A stretch of 54,978 nucleotides of DNA, from contig JACPGV010000004.1 in NCBI GenBank assembly GCA_016182385.1, forward strand, positions 1-54,978, in the 5' to 3' direction. This document shows, piece after piece, positions 35,411 through 45,053 of this stretch. Below the pieces are notes generated by a model. The model did no database searches. It was not told the DNA's origin and saw only the letters and a program-made list of their open reading frames with translations. Every line of letters begins with the position of its first letter. Within the stretch, counting starts at the first letter, position 1. The position numbers were made by a program, and so were the translations under genes. The stretch is from Candidatus Moraniibacteriota bacterium (lineage in GTDB: Bacteria > Patescibacteriota > Minisyncoccia > Moranbacterales > UBA1568).

Positions 35411-36445
35411 TTATTCTTTCGTCAACCCCAAAGCAATACCGGAAAAATAGGTGCGAGGAACACAAAAAACACTTCCTTTCTGCATACTTTTTACAATAGC
35501 TTGAAAGTCGTCCGGCAAAGGAGCGATCATATCGTATTGTTTTGAAAAAAGATTGAAAACAAGTTTTGTCGCGTGAAGCAAGTGTCTCTTGGGAAAAAGA
35601 GTATTCTCTCGACGAAGAGATTTAAATGTATAGGTTTTGTCTCCCACGAGAGGACAACCCAGAGAAGCGAAATGAGCACGAATTTGATGTGTGCGGCCGG
35701 TTTTTGGACGCGCTTCGACAAGATCAAAGTTTTCATAACGAATTAAAACCGTATACTCTGTTATTGCGTCTCTTGCTTCTTGCGACTCCTTTCCTTTTTC
35801 AACAACAAAACGCTTTAATTCTCCGGACCGACGACTGATCGGTTTTTGTATTTTTCCCTCACGCTCAGGCATATGACCATACACCAGAGCAATATATGTT
35901 TTCCTTATCATTCGTTTCTGAAAAAGTTCTTTCATAGAAACAAACGCTTCTTTTGTTTTTGCTATGACTACAATACCCGAGGTTTCTTTATCCAAACGAT
36001 GCACGATGCCCGGACGCAAAACATCCTCTCCAACGCCTTGTGCTAATGGATATTTCCCAACAATCCAATGAGCGACCGTTTCTTTTTCAAGATTTCCGGC
36101 AGGATGCATTTGTAGACCGGCCGGCTTATCGATTACCACTATATGCTCGTCTTCAAAAAGAACCGGGATATCTGTCGTTGGAACAAGCGCGCCCAATACA
36201 GCATCTTTAGGAAAAAGATCTTTCTCAAAACACTCCAGCACATCATGCAAATGAACCAAAAAATCAGATTGTCTTTTCTTGCCTCCAAGCAACACTCGCC
36301 CATCTTGAATACATTTGTTGGCCAACCCACGAGAAAAAATTTTCTTTGGGTATCGCTCTTGCACGAGCGTCTTTAGCGCGACATCCAGACGACTATTTAC
36401 AAGTCTTCTCGGAATTTCAAATGTTATTTTTGACGAAAGTGACAT
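35411..36445 (-). CDS. rluD: RluA/RluD-family pseudouridine synthase
   Basis: 344 aa. S4-like N-terminus, catalytic motif HRLDKETSGIVVIAKT, and GRTHQIRAH. Confidence 0.85.
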   Translation of the reverse strand: MSLSSKITFEIPRRLVNSRLDVALKTLVQERYPKKIFSRGLANKCIQDGRVLLGGKKRQSDFLVHLHDVLECFEKDLFPKDAVLGALVPTTDIPVLFEDEHIVVIDKPAGLQMHPAGNLEKETVAHWIVGKYPLAQGVGEDVLRPGIVHRLDKETSGIVVIAKTKEAFVSMKELFQKRMIRKTYIALVYGHMPEREGKIQKPISRRSGELKRFVVEKGKESQEARDAITEYTVLIRYENFDLVEARPKTGRTHQIRAHFASLGCPLVGDKTYTFKSLRRENTLFPKRHLLHATKLVFNLFSKQYDMIAPLPDDFQAIVKSMQKGSVFCVPRTYFSGIALGLTKE

Positions 36446-36732
36446 AAAAAGTGATTAGGAAACTTTTGATCATCATAGGCCGAATTGTCAAAGAGAGCAA
36501 ATTTTTTGAGGAAATTATCCCTCATTTTTTTCTATTGATTTCTCATTTTTCAATATTTTACCTTGTATTCAAATTTCGAATACAAACACTATATATTGTT
36601 GAAAAATGTGAAATGTTATCATTTTAGGATAAAAAGAACCGCTTGCCATGCGGCTATTTGACACACCAGAGAATAAGCTTTTATGATAAGAAAACACTCT
36701 CGTATTTTCTTATCAATTTATCAAATAAAACT

Positions 36733-37353
36733 ATGTCGCAAGATATGTGCTGTGGGGGAGGATCGTGTTCTTCACAAGGGTTCCCGGTCATCGGACAGCC
36801 GATACAGAATTTTGAAGCGGACGCGTATCATGAAAATTCGTTTCGCAAAATACATCTTTCCGATTTTAAAGGAAAGTGGGTTATCTTTTTCTTCTATCCG
36901 GCCGATTTCACTTTTATTTGTCCTACGGAGCTTGAAGAAATGGCCGCGCACTATGATCAATTTCAAAAATTGGATACCGAAGTACTTTCCATAAGCACCG
37001 ATACAAAATTCACCCATAAAGCATGGCACGATCATTCGCCTGCAATCAAAAACATCCACTTCCCCATGGTGGCTGATCCGGCAGGGGATATAACAAAGAG
37101 TTTTGGTGTCTACATTGAAGAAGGTGATGATCGGGGTCTCGCGCTTCGAGGCACCTTTCTTGTCGATCCGGATGGCATCCTTCAGGCCTACGAAATCCAC
37201 AATAACAATATCGGGCGCAGCGCTGGCGAGATTCTTCGCAAACTGGAAGCGGCAATTTTTGTTCGAAAACACGGTGGGGAAGTCTGTCCGGCCAATTGGA
37301 AGCCTGGTGCTAAAACACTGACACCAAGCATTGATCTTGTCGGAAAAATTTAA
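36733..37353 (+). CDS. 2-Cys peroxiredoxin (AhpC/Tsa family) with Cys-rich N-terminal tag
   Basis: FFFYPADFTFICPTE (peroxidatic Cys) and GEVCPANW (resolving Cys). I chose the ATG at 36733, giving the N-terminus MSQDMCCGGGSCSS. The track start at 36643 adds an implausible leader. Confidence 0.85.
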   Translation: MSQDMCCGGGSCSSQGFPVIGQPIQNFEADAYHENSFRKIHLSDFKGKWVIFFFYPADFTFICPTELEEMAAHYDQFQKLDTEVLSISTDTKFTHKAWHDHSPAIKNIHFPMVADPAGDITKSFGVYIEEGDDRGLALRGTFLVDPDGILQAYEIHNNNIGRSAGEILRKLEAAIFVRKHGGEVCPANWKPGAKTLTPSIDLVGKI

Positions 37354-37375
37354 TTCTTCTCTAAAAATAAAAATC

Positions 37376-37948
37376 ATGACTCCCTTTACCCCAAAAGATT
37401 TTAGTACCCTTCTTGGTCTTTCCGGATTCAGCGATACCCTACTCAAAAATCATTTCTCTCTCTACGAGGGTTATGTTTCTGCTGTGAATAACCTTTCTAT
37501 CCTTCTTACCACAAAAGAACCCGGAACGCCTGAGTATGCCGAACTCAAAAGACGTTTTGGCTGGGAATGGAACGGCGTGCGCTTTCACGAACTCTATTTC
37601 GAAAACCTCACCAAAAATCCCACTTCTTTGAAGAGCGCCTCTGTCTTAGCACTCAAACTTCAAAAGCAGTTTGGGAGTCTGGAGGCATGGGAAAAAGATT
37701 TTCGAAATACCGGCTCTCTCAGGGGAATAGGGTGGGCCGTCTTATTACAAGACAACAAAAACGACTCCTTCCATAATGTCTGGATCAATGAACATCATGA
37801 GGGGTATCTCGCTGGAACGACGCCGCTTCTTGTTATGGATGTCTTTGAACATGCCTATGTAACCGATTACGGCATCAAAAGAGCTTCCTATATCGACGCC
37901 TTCTTTCGTTCTCTTGATTGGGAAGCCGTGGAAAAACGCCTTCTGTAA
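37376..37948 (+). CDS. Fe/Mn-family superoxide dismutase
   Basis: C-terminal DVFEHAY signature plus upstream His residues. Start taken at the ATG at 37376, after the peroxiredoxin stop. Confidence 0.8.
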   Translation: MTPFTPKDFSTLLGLSGFSDTLLKNHFSLYEGYVSAVNNLSILLTTKEPGTPEYAELKRRFGWEWNGVRFHELYFENLTKNPTSLKSASVLALKLQKQFGSLEAWEKDFRNTGSLRGIGWAVLLQDNKNDSFHNVWINEHHEGYLAGTTPLLVMDVFEHAYVTDYGIKRASYIDAFFRSLDWEAVEKRLL

Positions 37949-38018
37949 TACCTTTATTTCACATAAAAACACGGGCCTCCCTTTGGGGAAGTTTTGTCCG
38001 TCATTTACATAAAAACCT

Positions 38019-40631
38019 ATGACGCTCTCTCAAGTAAAACGCCGCGATGGTAAAATAATCCCCTTTGATCAAGCGCGTATCGAACACGCTGTTGGACTTG
38101 CCTGTGAAGCTGTCGGAGAAACCGATAAAACTTTTATTCCTGAATTAACAAACACTCTTGTTGACGAGCTCAATCTCATACACAGCAAAAGGGGCTCTCA
38201 TATTTCTTCAGTTGAAGAGATACAAGATCTCGTGGAAAAACACCTCGTCCGCATCAACAAATTCGAAATCGCTAAAGCCTATATTCTCTATCGTGAACGA
38301 CGAAACGAGGAGCGGGAAGAACGTCGGGAAAAGCTGATCGAACAATTCGAAAAACATTCCCTTACGGTAACAAAAGCGGACGGATCAACTGAACTTTTTG
38401 ATATTAAAAAACTTCGTGCCGTCTTTGAGCGAGCGGTTTTTGGCTATGAAAAGCAGTGCTCCTTTGAAACACTTCTTGGCGCCTTCAAAAAAAATCTCGT
38501 TGATGAAATCAAAACATCAGACATTAATAAGCTCCTCGTCAAAACGTGCATCGATCTGGTTACCGTTGAAAATATTGCTTGGCAAAACGTGGCGGCGCGC
38601 ATCTTTCTCGGCAATCTCTATAAGCATGCCTGTCGCAATCGTGCTATTGATCAAGAAAAACTCTACACGCCGGAAAGTTATAAGGCCTTGTTTGATGATT
38701 ACATAAAGCAGGGTCTCTATTACAAGGATTTTTATCAATACTATACACCGGAAGATATTTTAGAAGCAGGAAAACATCTCTCGCGAGAAACAGATTTCCA
38801 CTATGAATACACGACCGTTGTTTCTTTTGCCAAACGCTATCTACTCAACCCAAACAAAGTCACCAAGGAACTCCCTCAAGAAATGTACATGTCCGTAGCG
38901 CTTTTTCTCGCCATTCCGGAAGAAAAAGAACGGCGACTTTCTTTCGCTTTGGAAATCTACGAACACTGTTCCAAACAACGCATCTCTCTTCCCACACCGA
39001 CGCTTCTCAATGCTCGTACTAATTATCATCAGCTTTCCAGCTGTTTCAAAATAAATATCGACGACGATCTCCGCACCATTTATCATGCCATTGAAAACAT
39101 GGCTCAAATATCAAAGTTTGGCGGTGGTGTTGGTGTTTATCTTGGGAATATTCGCGCTCGCGGAAGCGCTATTCGCGGTGTCTTTGGCATGTCGGGCGGC
39201 GTCAATCCCTGGATAAAAGTTATCAACGATACGGCCGTAGCAGTCAATCAACTTGGCTCTCGCCTTGGCGCTATTTCTGTTACGCTCGACGTTTGGCATC
39301 ACGATATTTATGATTTTCTTGATCTCCAAACAGAAACAGGGGACATCCGCTCTAAAGCGTTCGATATTTTCCCTGCCCTCTCTATTCCAGATTTATTTAT
39401 GCGTCGCCTCCAAGAAGATCGCGATATCACGCTTTTTGATCCGCACGAAATATTCACTCTTTACAAAAAACGCCTCCAAGATCATTTCGGCCCATCTTTT
39501 GACGCCTTTTACGAGACGCTGGAACAAGACGACCGACTCACGTTAAAAAAAGTTGTCAAAGCAAAAGATTTGTTCAAGGTGTTTTTAAAAACAGTCGTGG
39601 AAACCGGTATGCCCTACGTTTTTTTCCGCGACACTGTCAATCGTCTTAATCCGAATAAACACGCGGGAAACATTTATTCCACTCAACTCTGCACAGAAAT
39701 TTGCCAAAACACATCGCCCTCTAAGTTTATTGAGGAAAAAATCGAAGGCGGCACTATTGTCATCAAATATGAACCCGGCGATCTTGTTGTGTGTAATCTC
39801 GCCTCCATAAACATCGCCACCGTTTTCGAAAAAAATATAATCGCGCAAGTGTTCCCTGTGGTAATGCGCATCTTGGATAATGTTGTTACTCTTAATTACT
39901 ACCCCATTAAAGAAGCGGAGCGTACCGCCATGCGCTATCGAAGCGTTGGACTTGGTTATTTGGGCCTTGCCGAATACCTTGCCACGCACCAATTAGCCTA
40001 CGACAGCGAAAAGGCCCGAGAAAAAGTACATGAGCTCTTCTCTCTCTATGCTTACTACACCTACCGGTCCTCGGTTGATCTTGCCCGCGAGCGAGGACAC
40101 TATGAGCTTTATCCGGGAAGTGATTACGAAAAAGGTCTTCTCTTAGGAAAATCTGTCGATTGGTTCGCAAAAAACACTTCTGCCGGCTCTCTTTGGCAAG
40201 AACTTTTCGCTGATATGAAACGTTTTGGTGTGCGTTTCGCTTATCATACCGCCCCAGCACCCAACACCTCCACGGCCGGTGTCGTCGGCACCACGGCCGC
40301 CCTTCTTCCTATTTACAAAAAATTCTTTGTAGAAACCAACCTTTCGGCGCCAACTATTCGGGTTGCGCCAAAACTCTCCAAAGAAAACTTCTGGTTTTAC
40401 AAAGAGTATATCAACATGGACATGAACGACGTCATTGATATGATAGCCACCGTTTATCCCTGGATTGATCAATCGATTTCCTTTGAATGGATGATTGACC
40501 CTTCCCGAGTAAGTCCCGCTCAACTCTATGAGTATTACACAAAATCCTGGAAACAAGGGATTAAAACTGTCTATTATGTTCGTAGTCTTTCTGGGGAAGT
40601 AAAAGATGGCTGTGTTAGTTGCAGTGGATAA
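38019..40631 (+). CDS. nrdA: ribonucleoside-diphosphate reductase alpha subunit (class Ia, with ATP-cone)
   Basis: 870 aa. N-terminal ATP-cone (VKRRDGKIIPFDQARI), catalytic core (NLCTEI-like STQLCTEI) and a C-terminal Cys pair (CVSCSG). Confidence 0.9.
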   Translation: MTLSQVKRRDGKIIPFDQARIEHAVGLACEAVGETDKTFIPELTNTLVDELNLIHSKRGSHISSVEEIQDLVEKHLVRINKFEIAKAYILYRERRNEEREERREKLIEQFEKHSLTVTKADGSTELFDIKKLRAVFERAVFGYEKQCSFETLLGAFKKNLVDEIKTSDINKLLVKTCIDLVTVENIAWQNVAARIFLGNLYKHACRNRAIDQEKLYTPESYKALFDDYIKQGLYYKDFYQYYTPEDILEAGKHLSRETDFHYEYTTVVSFAKRYLLNPNKVTKELPQEMYMSVALFLAIPEEKERRLSFALEIYEHCSKQRISLPTPTLLNARTNYHQLSSCFKINIDDDLRTIYHAIENMAQISKFGGGVGVYLGNIRARGSAIRGVFGMSGGVNPWIKVINDTAVAVNQLGSRLGAISVTLDVWHHDIYDFLDLQTETGDIRSKAFDIFPALSIPDLFMRRLQEDRDITLFDPHEIFTLYKKRLQDHFGPSFDAFYETLEQDDRLTLKKVVKAKDLFKVFLKTVVETGMPYVFFRDTVNRLNPNKHAGNIYSTQLCTEICQNTSPSKFIEEKIEGGTIVIKYEPGDLVVCNLASINIATVFEKNIIAQVFPVVMRILDNVVTLNYYPIKEAERTAMRYRSVGLGYLGLAEYLATHQLAYDSEKAREKVHELFSLYAYYTYRSSVDLARERGHYELYPGSDYEKGLLLGKSVDWFAKNTSAGSLWQELFADMKRFGVRFAYHTAPAPNTSTAGVVGTTAALLPIYKKFFVETNLSAPTIRVAPKLSKENFWFYKEYINMDMNDVIDMIATVYPWIDQSISFEWMIDPSRVSPAQLYEYYTKSWKQGIKTVYYVRSLSGEVKDGCVSCSG

Positions 40632-40678
40632 AAACAGATAGTACAGAAATCACATAAATAACCAATGCAAAACTGTCT

Positions 40679-41722
40679 ATGACTGAAAAAATGCGCCAAA
40701 ATCAACTTTTCAACCCGGCGGGGAATGATGAGATTACCGCGCGCACCATTATCAAGGGCTCAACCACAGGACTGTTTAATCTTAACGCCACAAAATACCC
40801 GTGGGCTAAATCACTCTACCAGGTCATGATTGGTAATTTTTGGGTGCCGGAAAAAGTTTCCGGGCTCAAAGATGACGCCCGCATGCTTCATGCCGAACTC
40901 TCCGTAGAAGAAAAAGAAGCTTATAAAGGAATTCTTTCTTTTCTTATCTTTCTCGATTCAATTCAAACTGTTAATTTGCCTCATTTTTCAGATTACATAA
41001 CATCACCAGAAGTCAATCTCGTTCTTTCCATTCAGGCCTATCAAGAAGCCATTCATTCCCAGTCTTACGCTACCATTCTTGAATCCGTAGTAGAAAGCAA
41101 AGAACGCAACGAGATCTATTATTTCTGGCGTAATGACAAAATCTTACTCGAGCGAAACAAATACATCGGCCAAATGTATCAAGACTTCATCGATATGCCC
41201 GCCGATAAAACGTTTTTCCGCGGCATCGTCGCCAACTTTCTCCTTGAATCTGTTTACTTCTACAATGGTTTCGCGTTTTTTGATACGCTTGTTGATCATA
41301 TGAAAATGCTTGCTACCGGCCGCATGATAGCGTATATCCGCCGTGATGAGCTCACTCATGTCACTATTTTTGCTAACATTATTCGTGAAATTCGCCGTGA
41401 ATTTCCAGATATTTATGATGAAAAAATTATTTTATCTATGATGAAAACGGCGGTTGAACAAGAAATAGAATGGAGCAAGCATATTTTAGGTGAGCGTATT
41501 CCTGGTATCAATGGTTCTACCACGGAAGAATACACCCGCTGGCTCGCCAATAACCGTCTCGCCATGCTTACTATTGCTCCTCTTTATCCAGACGCGGTGG
41601 AAAATCCTTACAAGCACCTTGAGCGCCTCCAGGATCCAAATAGTGACAAAGGAAATTTCTTTGAAACAACGGTGGTAAATTACACTCAATCTTCTAGCCT
41701 CAACGGGAGCTGGGATTTCTGA
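40679..41722 (+). CDS. nrdB: ribonucleoside-diphosphate reductase beta subunit
   Basis: 347 aa. Di-iron ligand motifs EAIHSQSY and DELTH. Directly follows nrdA. Confidence 0.9.
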   Translation: MTEKMRQNQLFNPAGNDEITARTIIKGSTTGLFNLNATKYPWAKSLYQVMIGNFWVPEKVSGLKDDARMLHAELSVEEKEAYKGILSFLIFLDSIQTVNLPHFSDYITSPEVNLVLSIQAYQEAIHSQSYATILESVVESKERNEIYYFWRNDKILLERNKYIGQMYQDFIDMPADKTFFRGIVANFLLESVYFYNGFAFFDTLVDHMKMLATGRMIAYIRRDELTHVTIFANIIREIRREFPDIYDEKIILSMMKTAVEQEIEWSKHILGERIPGINGSTTEEYTRWLANNRLAMLTIAPLYPDAVENPYKHLERLQDPNSDKGNFFETTVVNYTQSSSLNGSWDF

Positions 41723-41776
41723 TGAGTAATCGCAAAATATACCCTCTCTGTGATATACTGTTTACAGAGATTGTCT

Positions 41777-42688
41777 ATGTATACAAACAGAAAATTTTTT
41801 TCTTTTCTTTTTCTTGGCCTTTTTTTTCTCGGCTTCTTTTTTCTTTTTCCAGAGTACGGTCTAGCGCAAACGGTCGGTCTCAAATATACTCCTCTGGAAA
41901 AACTTCCCGGCACAGAGAATGTTGGGAGTGATCTTCCGGAGTATGTTCAAGCTATTTACAATCTCGGCCTTGCCATCGTTACGCTTTCAGCTGTTCTCAT
42001 GCTCTCGATTGGTGGTTTTATGTATCTTACAAGCGCCGGAAACACTTCAGCAATGGGCTCGGCTAAAGGGGTTATTTTTGACGCGCTTATCGGTCTTGTT
42101 ATTGCGCTCACCGCATGGCTTCTTCTTAATGTTATCAATCCCGACTTGGTGAAAGTAAACACCAATGGAATTTCGGCAACATCATCACAAACGCCACCGC
42201 CCACAACAACATCTCCGGGGGAGCCACGACCAACGAGGACAACGCCATCGTCTACATGCCCAACGCCACCAACCGCAGCAGCCGTCTGTTGCCCCAAAGG
42301 AGTAAAGTGTGAAGCCTGTAAAGACTGCGAGGAAATAAGCGGTGTAGCTTTCAAGACATGCGGGCTAAGCAAGTGTTTTTTAAACAAAAATCTCCTTGCA
42401 AAAATAAAAACTGTCTCCGGAGTAAGTGGCTGGCGCGTCACCGAGTCGTGGCCGCCAACTGTTGATCACCTAAGCACCTGTCACAAAAATGGTACTTGCG
42501 CAGATCTTAACAATAGTGGCGGAAAAACAGACGCAACAACAATCAAAGAATATTATGACGCTTTTAAAAGTGCTGGCCTAGAGGTTCTTTATGAGAGCAA
42601 GGATTGCACTCCTTATACGGCCGCCGGCGTGGATAATTGCAAAACCTATAGCACCATGACCAACCTTTCTTCATTTCATGTTAAATAA
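41777..42688 (+). CDS. T4SS-pilin-like (TrbC/VirB2-type) protein fused to a C-terminal zinc DD-peptidase (M15A-like) domain
   Basis: Signal peptide MYTNRKFFSFLFLGLFFLGFFFLFPEYGLAQ. Pilin-like core LPEYVQAIYNLGLAIVTLSAVLMLSIGGFMYLTSAGNTSAMGSAKGVIFDALIGLVIALTAWLL. Pro/Thr linker. The C-terminal domain has SGWR, STCHKNGTCAD and a terminal SFHV, resembling the SGYR / SxHxxGxAxD / FxHxD motifs of the M15A fold. Confidence 0.6.
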   Translation: MYTNRKFFSFLFLGLFFLGFFFLFPEYGLAQTVGLKYTPLEKLPGTENVGSDLPEYVQAIYNLGLAIVTLSAVLMLSIGGFMYLTSAGNTSAMGSAKGVIFDALIGLVIALTAWLLLNVINPDLVKVNTNGISATSSQTPPPTTTSPGEPRPTRTTPSSTCPTPPTAAAVCCPKGVKCEACKDCEEISGVAFKTCGLSKCFLNKNLLAKIKTVSGVSGWRVTESWPPTVDHLSTCHKNGTCADLNNSGGKTDATTIKEYYDAFKSAGLEVLYESKDCTPYTAAGVDNCKTYSTMTNLSSFHVK

Positions 42689-42693
42689 AAATT

Positions 42694-43839
42694 ATGAAGA
42701 AGTTTTTCTTCTTTTCTCTGGGATTTCTTTTCTTGTCGCTTATTTTCCTCGTGGCATATAATGTCGCTTTCAAAAATAACGCCAACAATCCACTCGCCGA
42801 AACCACAGAAAAATCAAAAAAAGAAGAGACAAAAGACACGCCTCCCGAGGAAAGAGCGCCATCAACTGTTATTTTGAATGTTCTCCATGAAAAAATTTCC
42901 AGTGCCGATGTCCTCGAAAACGGAGAGGTCATATATTATTCTCTTGATGATCGATCCTTTAAGAAAGCCTCCTCCGAAGGAAAAGATAAAACGATTCTTT
43001 TAAGCAACCTCCCAAGCGATCCGCTACGTGTCGTCTGGTCACCAAAAAAAGATCGCGTTCTTGCTCTCCTTCAACAAACAAGCGGCCCAGCACGATGGCA
43101 CTTTATCGATCTTACTACCAAAACTCTGACCCCACTTAAAAACGATGTGGGGCGGCTTACCTGGGACAATCTCGGTGATAAAATTTTTTATCAATACACC
43201 GATCAAAAAAGTGACAAACGAACCTTAAATACCTCCAATCCGGACGGCACAAACTGGAAAGAGATCACTCCTCTTCGTCACGATTCATACATCGCTCCGG
43301 TACCTCGAAGCATAAGCGTTTCCTTTTGGAACAAGCCTAACGCTCTTGAAAAAACTTTTTTTGAAACCGCTTCTCTTTCCGGGGAAAATCGCCGTCTTCT
43401 TCTTGCGGAAAAATTTGGCGCGGATTACCTCTGGTCTCCCAACGGAGAGCGTATCTTGGTGTCTCTTACTGAGGAAAAAGGAGGGCACAGAACCTCTCTT
43501 GGCGTGATGAATAGTAATGGCGGTGAATTTCAAAACTTGCAGATTCCCACGCTTATCAGCAAAACCATCTGGTCAAAAGACAATCGCACGGTTTATTTTT
43601 CTCTTCCCGGATCTTTGCCAGAAAACGCTATGCTTCCAAACGATTATTTTGAAAAATCTCTTCACACGAAAGACACCTTCTGGAAAATGGATGTGTTGAC
43701 AGGAAAAAAAACACGCATTGTTGATCTTAAGGAGGTTGCTAACGCCTTCGATAGCAACAATCTTCTTCTCTCCCGAAACGAAGAAAGTCTTTTCTTTATT
43801 GACCGTGTCACCAAACAACTTTTTCGTATTGATCTCTAA
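42694..43839 (+). CDS. secreted beta-propeller-like (TolB/PD40-like) protein
   Basis: 381 aa. N-terminal TM/signal helix, then repeated WSP-type strands (VVWSPKKDRVL, YLWSPNGERILV, TIWSKDNRTVYF). Confidence 0.45.
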   Translation: MKKFFFFSLGFLFLSLIFLVAYNVAFKNNANNPLAETTEKSKKEETKDTPPEERAPSTVILNVLHEKISSADVLENGEVIYYSLDDRSFKKASSEGKDKTILLSNLPSDPLRVVWSPKKDRVLALLQQTSGPARWHFIDLTTKTLTPLKNDVGRLTWDNLGDKIFYQYTDQKSDKRTLNTSNPDGTNWKEITPLRHDSYIAPVPRSISVSFWNKPNALEKTFFETASLSGENRRLLLAEKFGADYLWSPNGERILVSLTEEKGGHRTSLGVMNSNGGEFQNLQIPTLISKTIWSKDNRTVYFSLPGSLPENAMLPNDYFEKSLHTKDTFWKMDVLTGKKTRIVDLKEVANAFDSNNLLLSRNEESLFFIDRVTKQLFRIDL

Positions 43840-45053
43840 TCCTGATTATCTTGCACAACAATCATCCCGGCGACTACTATCCAAAACATTATCGCCAAGT
43901 CTGTTTTAAAAAACATTGTATCGGTTATCCCGCACAAAAGAAACCAGAACATCAGTCCTCCTAAAAGAATAATGAGCTGCGTGGTATCTTCTTGTTTTGT
44001 TTTTTTCCAAGAATCATACGCGGCGCGCCACCAAAAGAAAAGGAGAGAACAAAAACTTATAATGCCCAACAATCCCGCCTGTAACCAAACAGCCAAAAAA
44101 AGATTGTGTGGGTGAGGAACAGCCCATTCAAGATAAGGGGGGAAATGTTGTTGATATTCCAAGTACACCTCCTGAAACCTGCCCATGCCAATCCCCAAGA
44201 GAGGGTTTTGAAAAATCATTTCATAAGAAGCTCTCCAAATCATAAAGCGTGAAGAAAGGGATGATCGCTCATCAAAAGAAAAAAGTGTTTGCCATTTACT
44301 GCTTCCTTGTTCAAAAAAAACAAACGTTAAAAAAATACCCATCACAAAAAGAACAAGAAAAAGTATTTTTTTAGAAGAAAAACCCTTCCAACAAAAAAGA
44401 ATCATTCCGAAAGCCGCTACAAAAACCGAGAAAAAAACATTGTATGATTTGGTGAGAAAGAGGGCGCTCAAGAGAAAGAGGGCGCTCAAGAGAAAGAGGG
44501 CGCGCTGTTCTTTTTTTGAAAAAAGCGCTTGCCAAAAAGCTATCAACACTCCTGGAGCAATCATGAAGGCAAGCATGTTTGGCGAAGCGTACCAGCCAGA
44601 TAACCGTCCGTCATAGGTAAACTGAAACGAAAAAATATACCAGAAAGCGGCTACAGCAACCAAAAAAGCCTGCGCCCACCAACAAAATAATAATTCTCGA
44701 ACACGCCTCTTTGACGGTTGCGTCAACAACCAAACGCCCACAAAAGCCATGGGAAGAACAAACCACGTCTTTAACATTCCAAGACCAGTTACTGAGTGTG
44801 GATTCAAAAAAAGAGAACTGCTCGCGCCAAGGAAAAACCCGACGGCGGATAAAACGAGGGGTGAAAAAAAATTCTTCTTCTCTTCTCTTTCTCTGAAAAA
44901 AGAAATTTTCCCACAAAAAACAACTAAGCCAACAAGCATGGGGATTTCCACAAAATATATTGGGATATCAAAAAAAATCACCTTGTGTTGAGCAAGAGGC
45001 AATCCAAGTATGATCACAAAAAATAAAAAAGATACCACTTTCTCAAGATTCAT
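43836..45053 (-). CDS. O-antigen ligase / Wzy-like membrane protein
   Basis: 405 aa, polytopic. Wzy_C-like region GIGMGRFQEVY ... PHPHNLFLAVWLQAGLLG. Confidence 0.7.
   Translation of the reverse strand: MNLEKVVSFLFFVIILGLPLAQHKVIFFDIPIYFVEIPMLVGLVVFCGKISFFREREEKKNFFSPLVLSAVGFFLGASSSLFLNPHSVTGLGMLKTWFVLPMAFVGVWLLTQPSKRRVRELLFCWWAQAFLVAVAAFWYIFSFQFTYDGRLSGWYASPNMLAFMIAPGVLIAFWQALFSKKEQRALFLLSALFLLSALFLTKSYNVFFSVFVAAFGMILFCWKGFSSKKILFLVLFVMGIFLTFVFFEQGSSKWQTLFSFDERSSLSSRFMIWRASYEMIFQNPLLGIGMGRFQEVYLEYQQHFPPYLEWAVPHPHNLFLAVWLQAGLLGIISFCSLLFFWWRAAYDSWKKTKQEDTTQLIILLGGLMFWFLLCGITDTMFFKTDLAIMFWIVVAGMIVVQDNQD
44454..44503. repeat. 18-bp in-frame tandem repeat (2.8 units) inside the Wzy-like gene
   Basis: GAGAAAGAGGGCGCTCAA at 44454-44471 and 44472-44489, plus a 14-nt partial third unit. 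Encodes the repeated SALFLL. Confidence 0.85.

Noticed and set aside
36772-37446. 224-aa minus-strand ORF
   Set aside because: It is antisense to the peroxiredoxin gene, which has both catalytic Cys motifs.
37950-38018. Direct repeats TCACATAAAAAC / TTACATAAAAAC upstream of nrdA as possible NrdR boxes
   Set aside because: They do not match the NrdR box palindrome as I remember it, and no nrdR gene is visible in the window.
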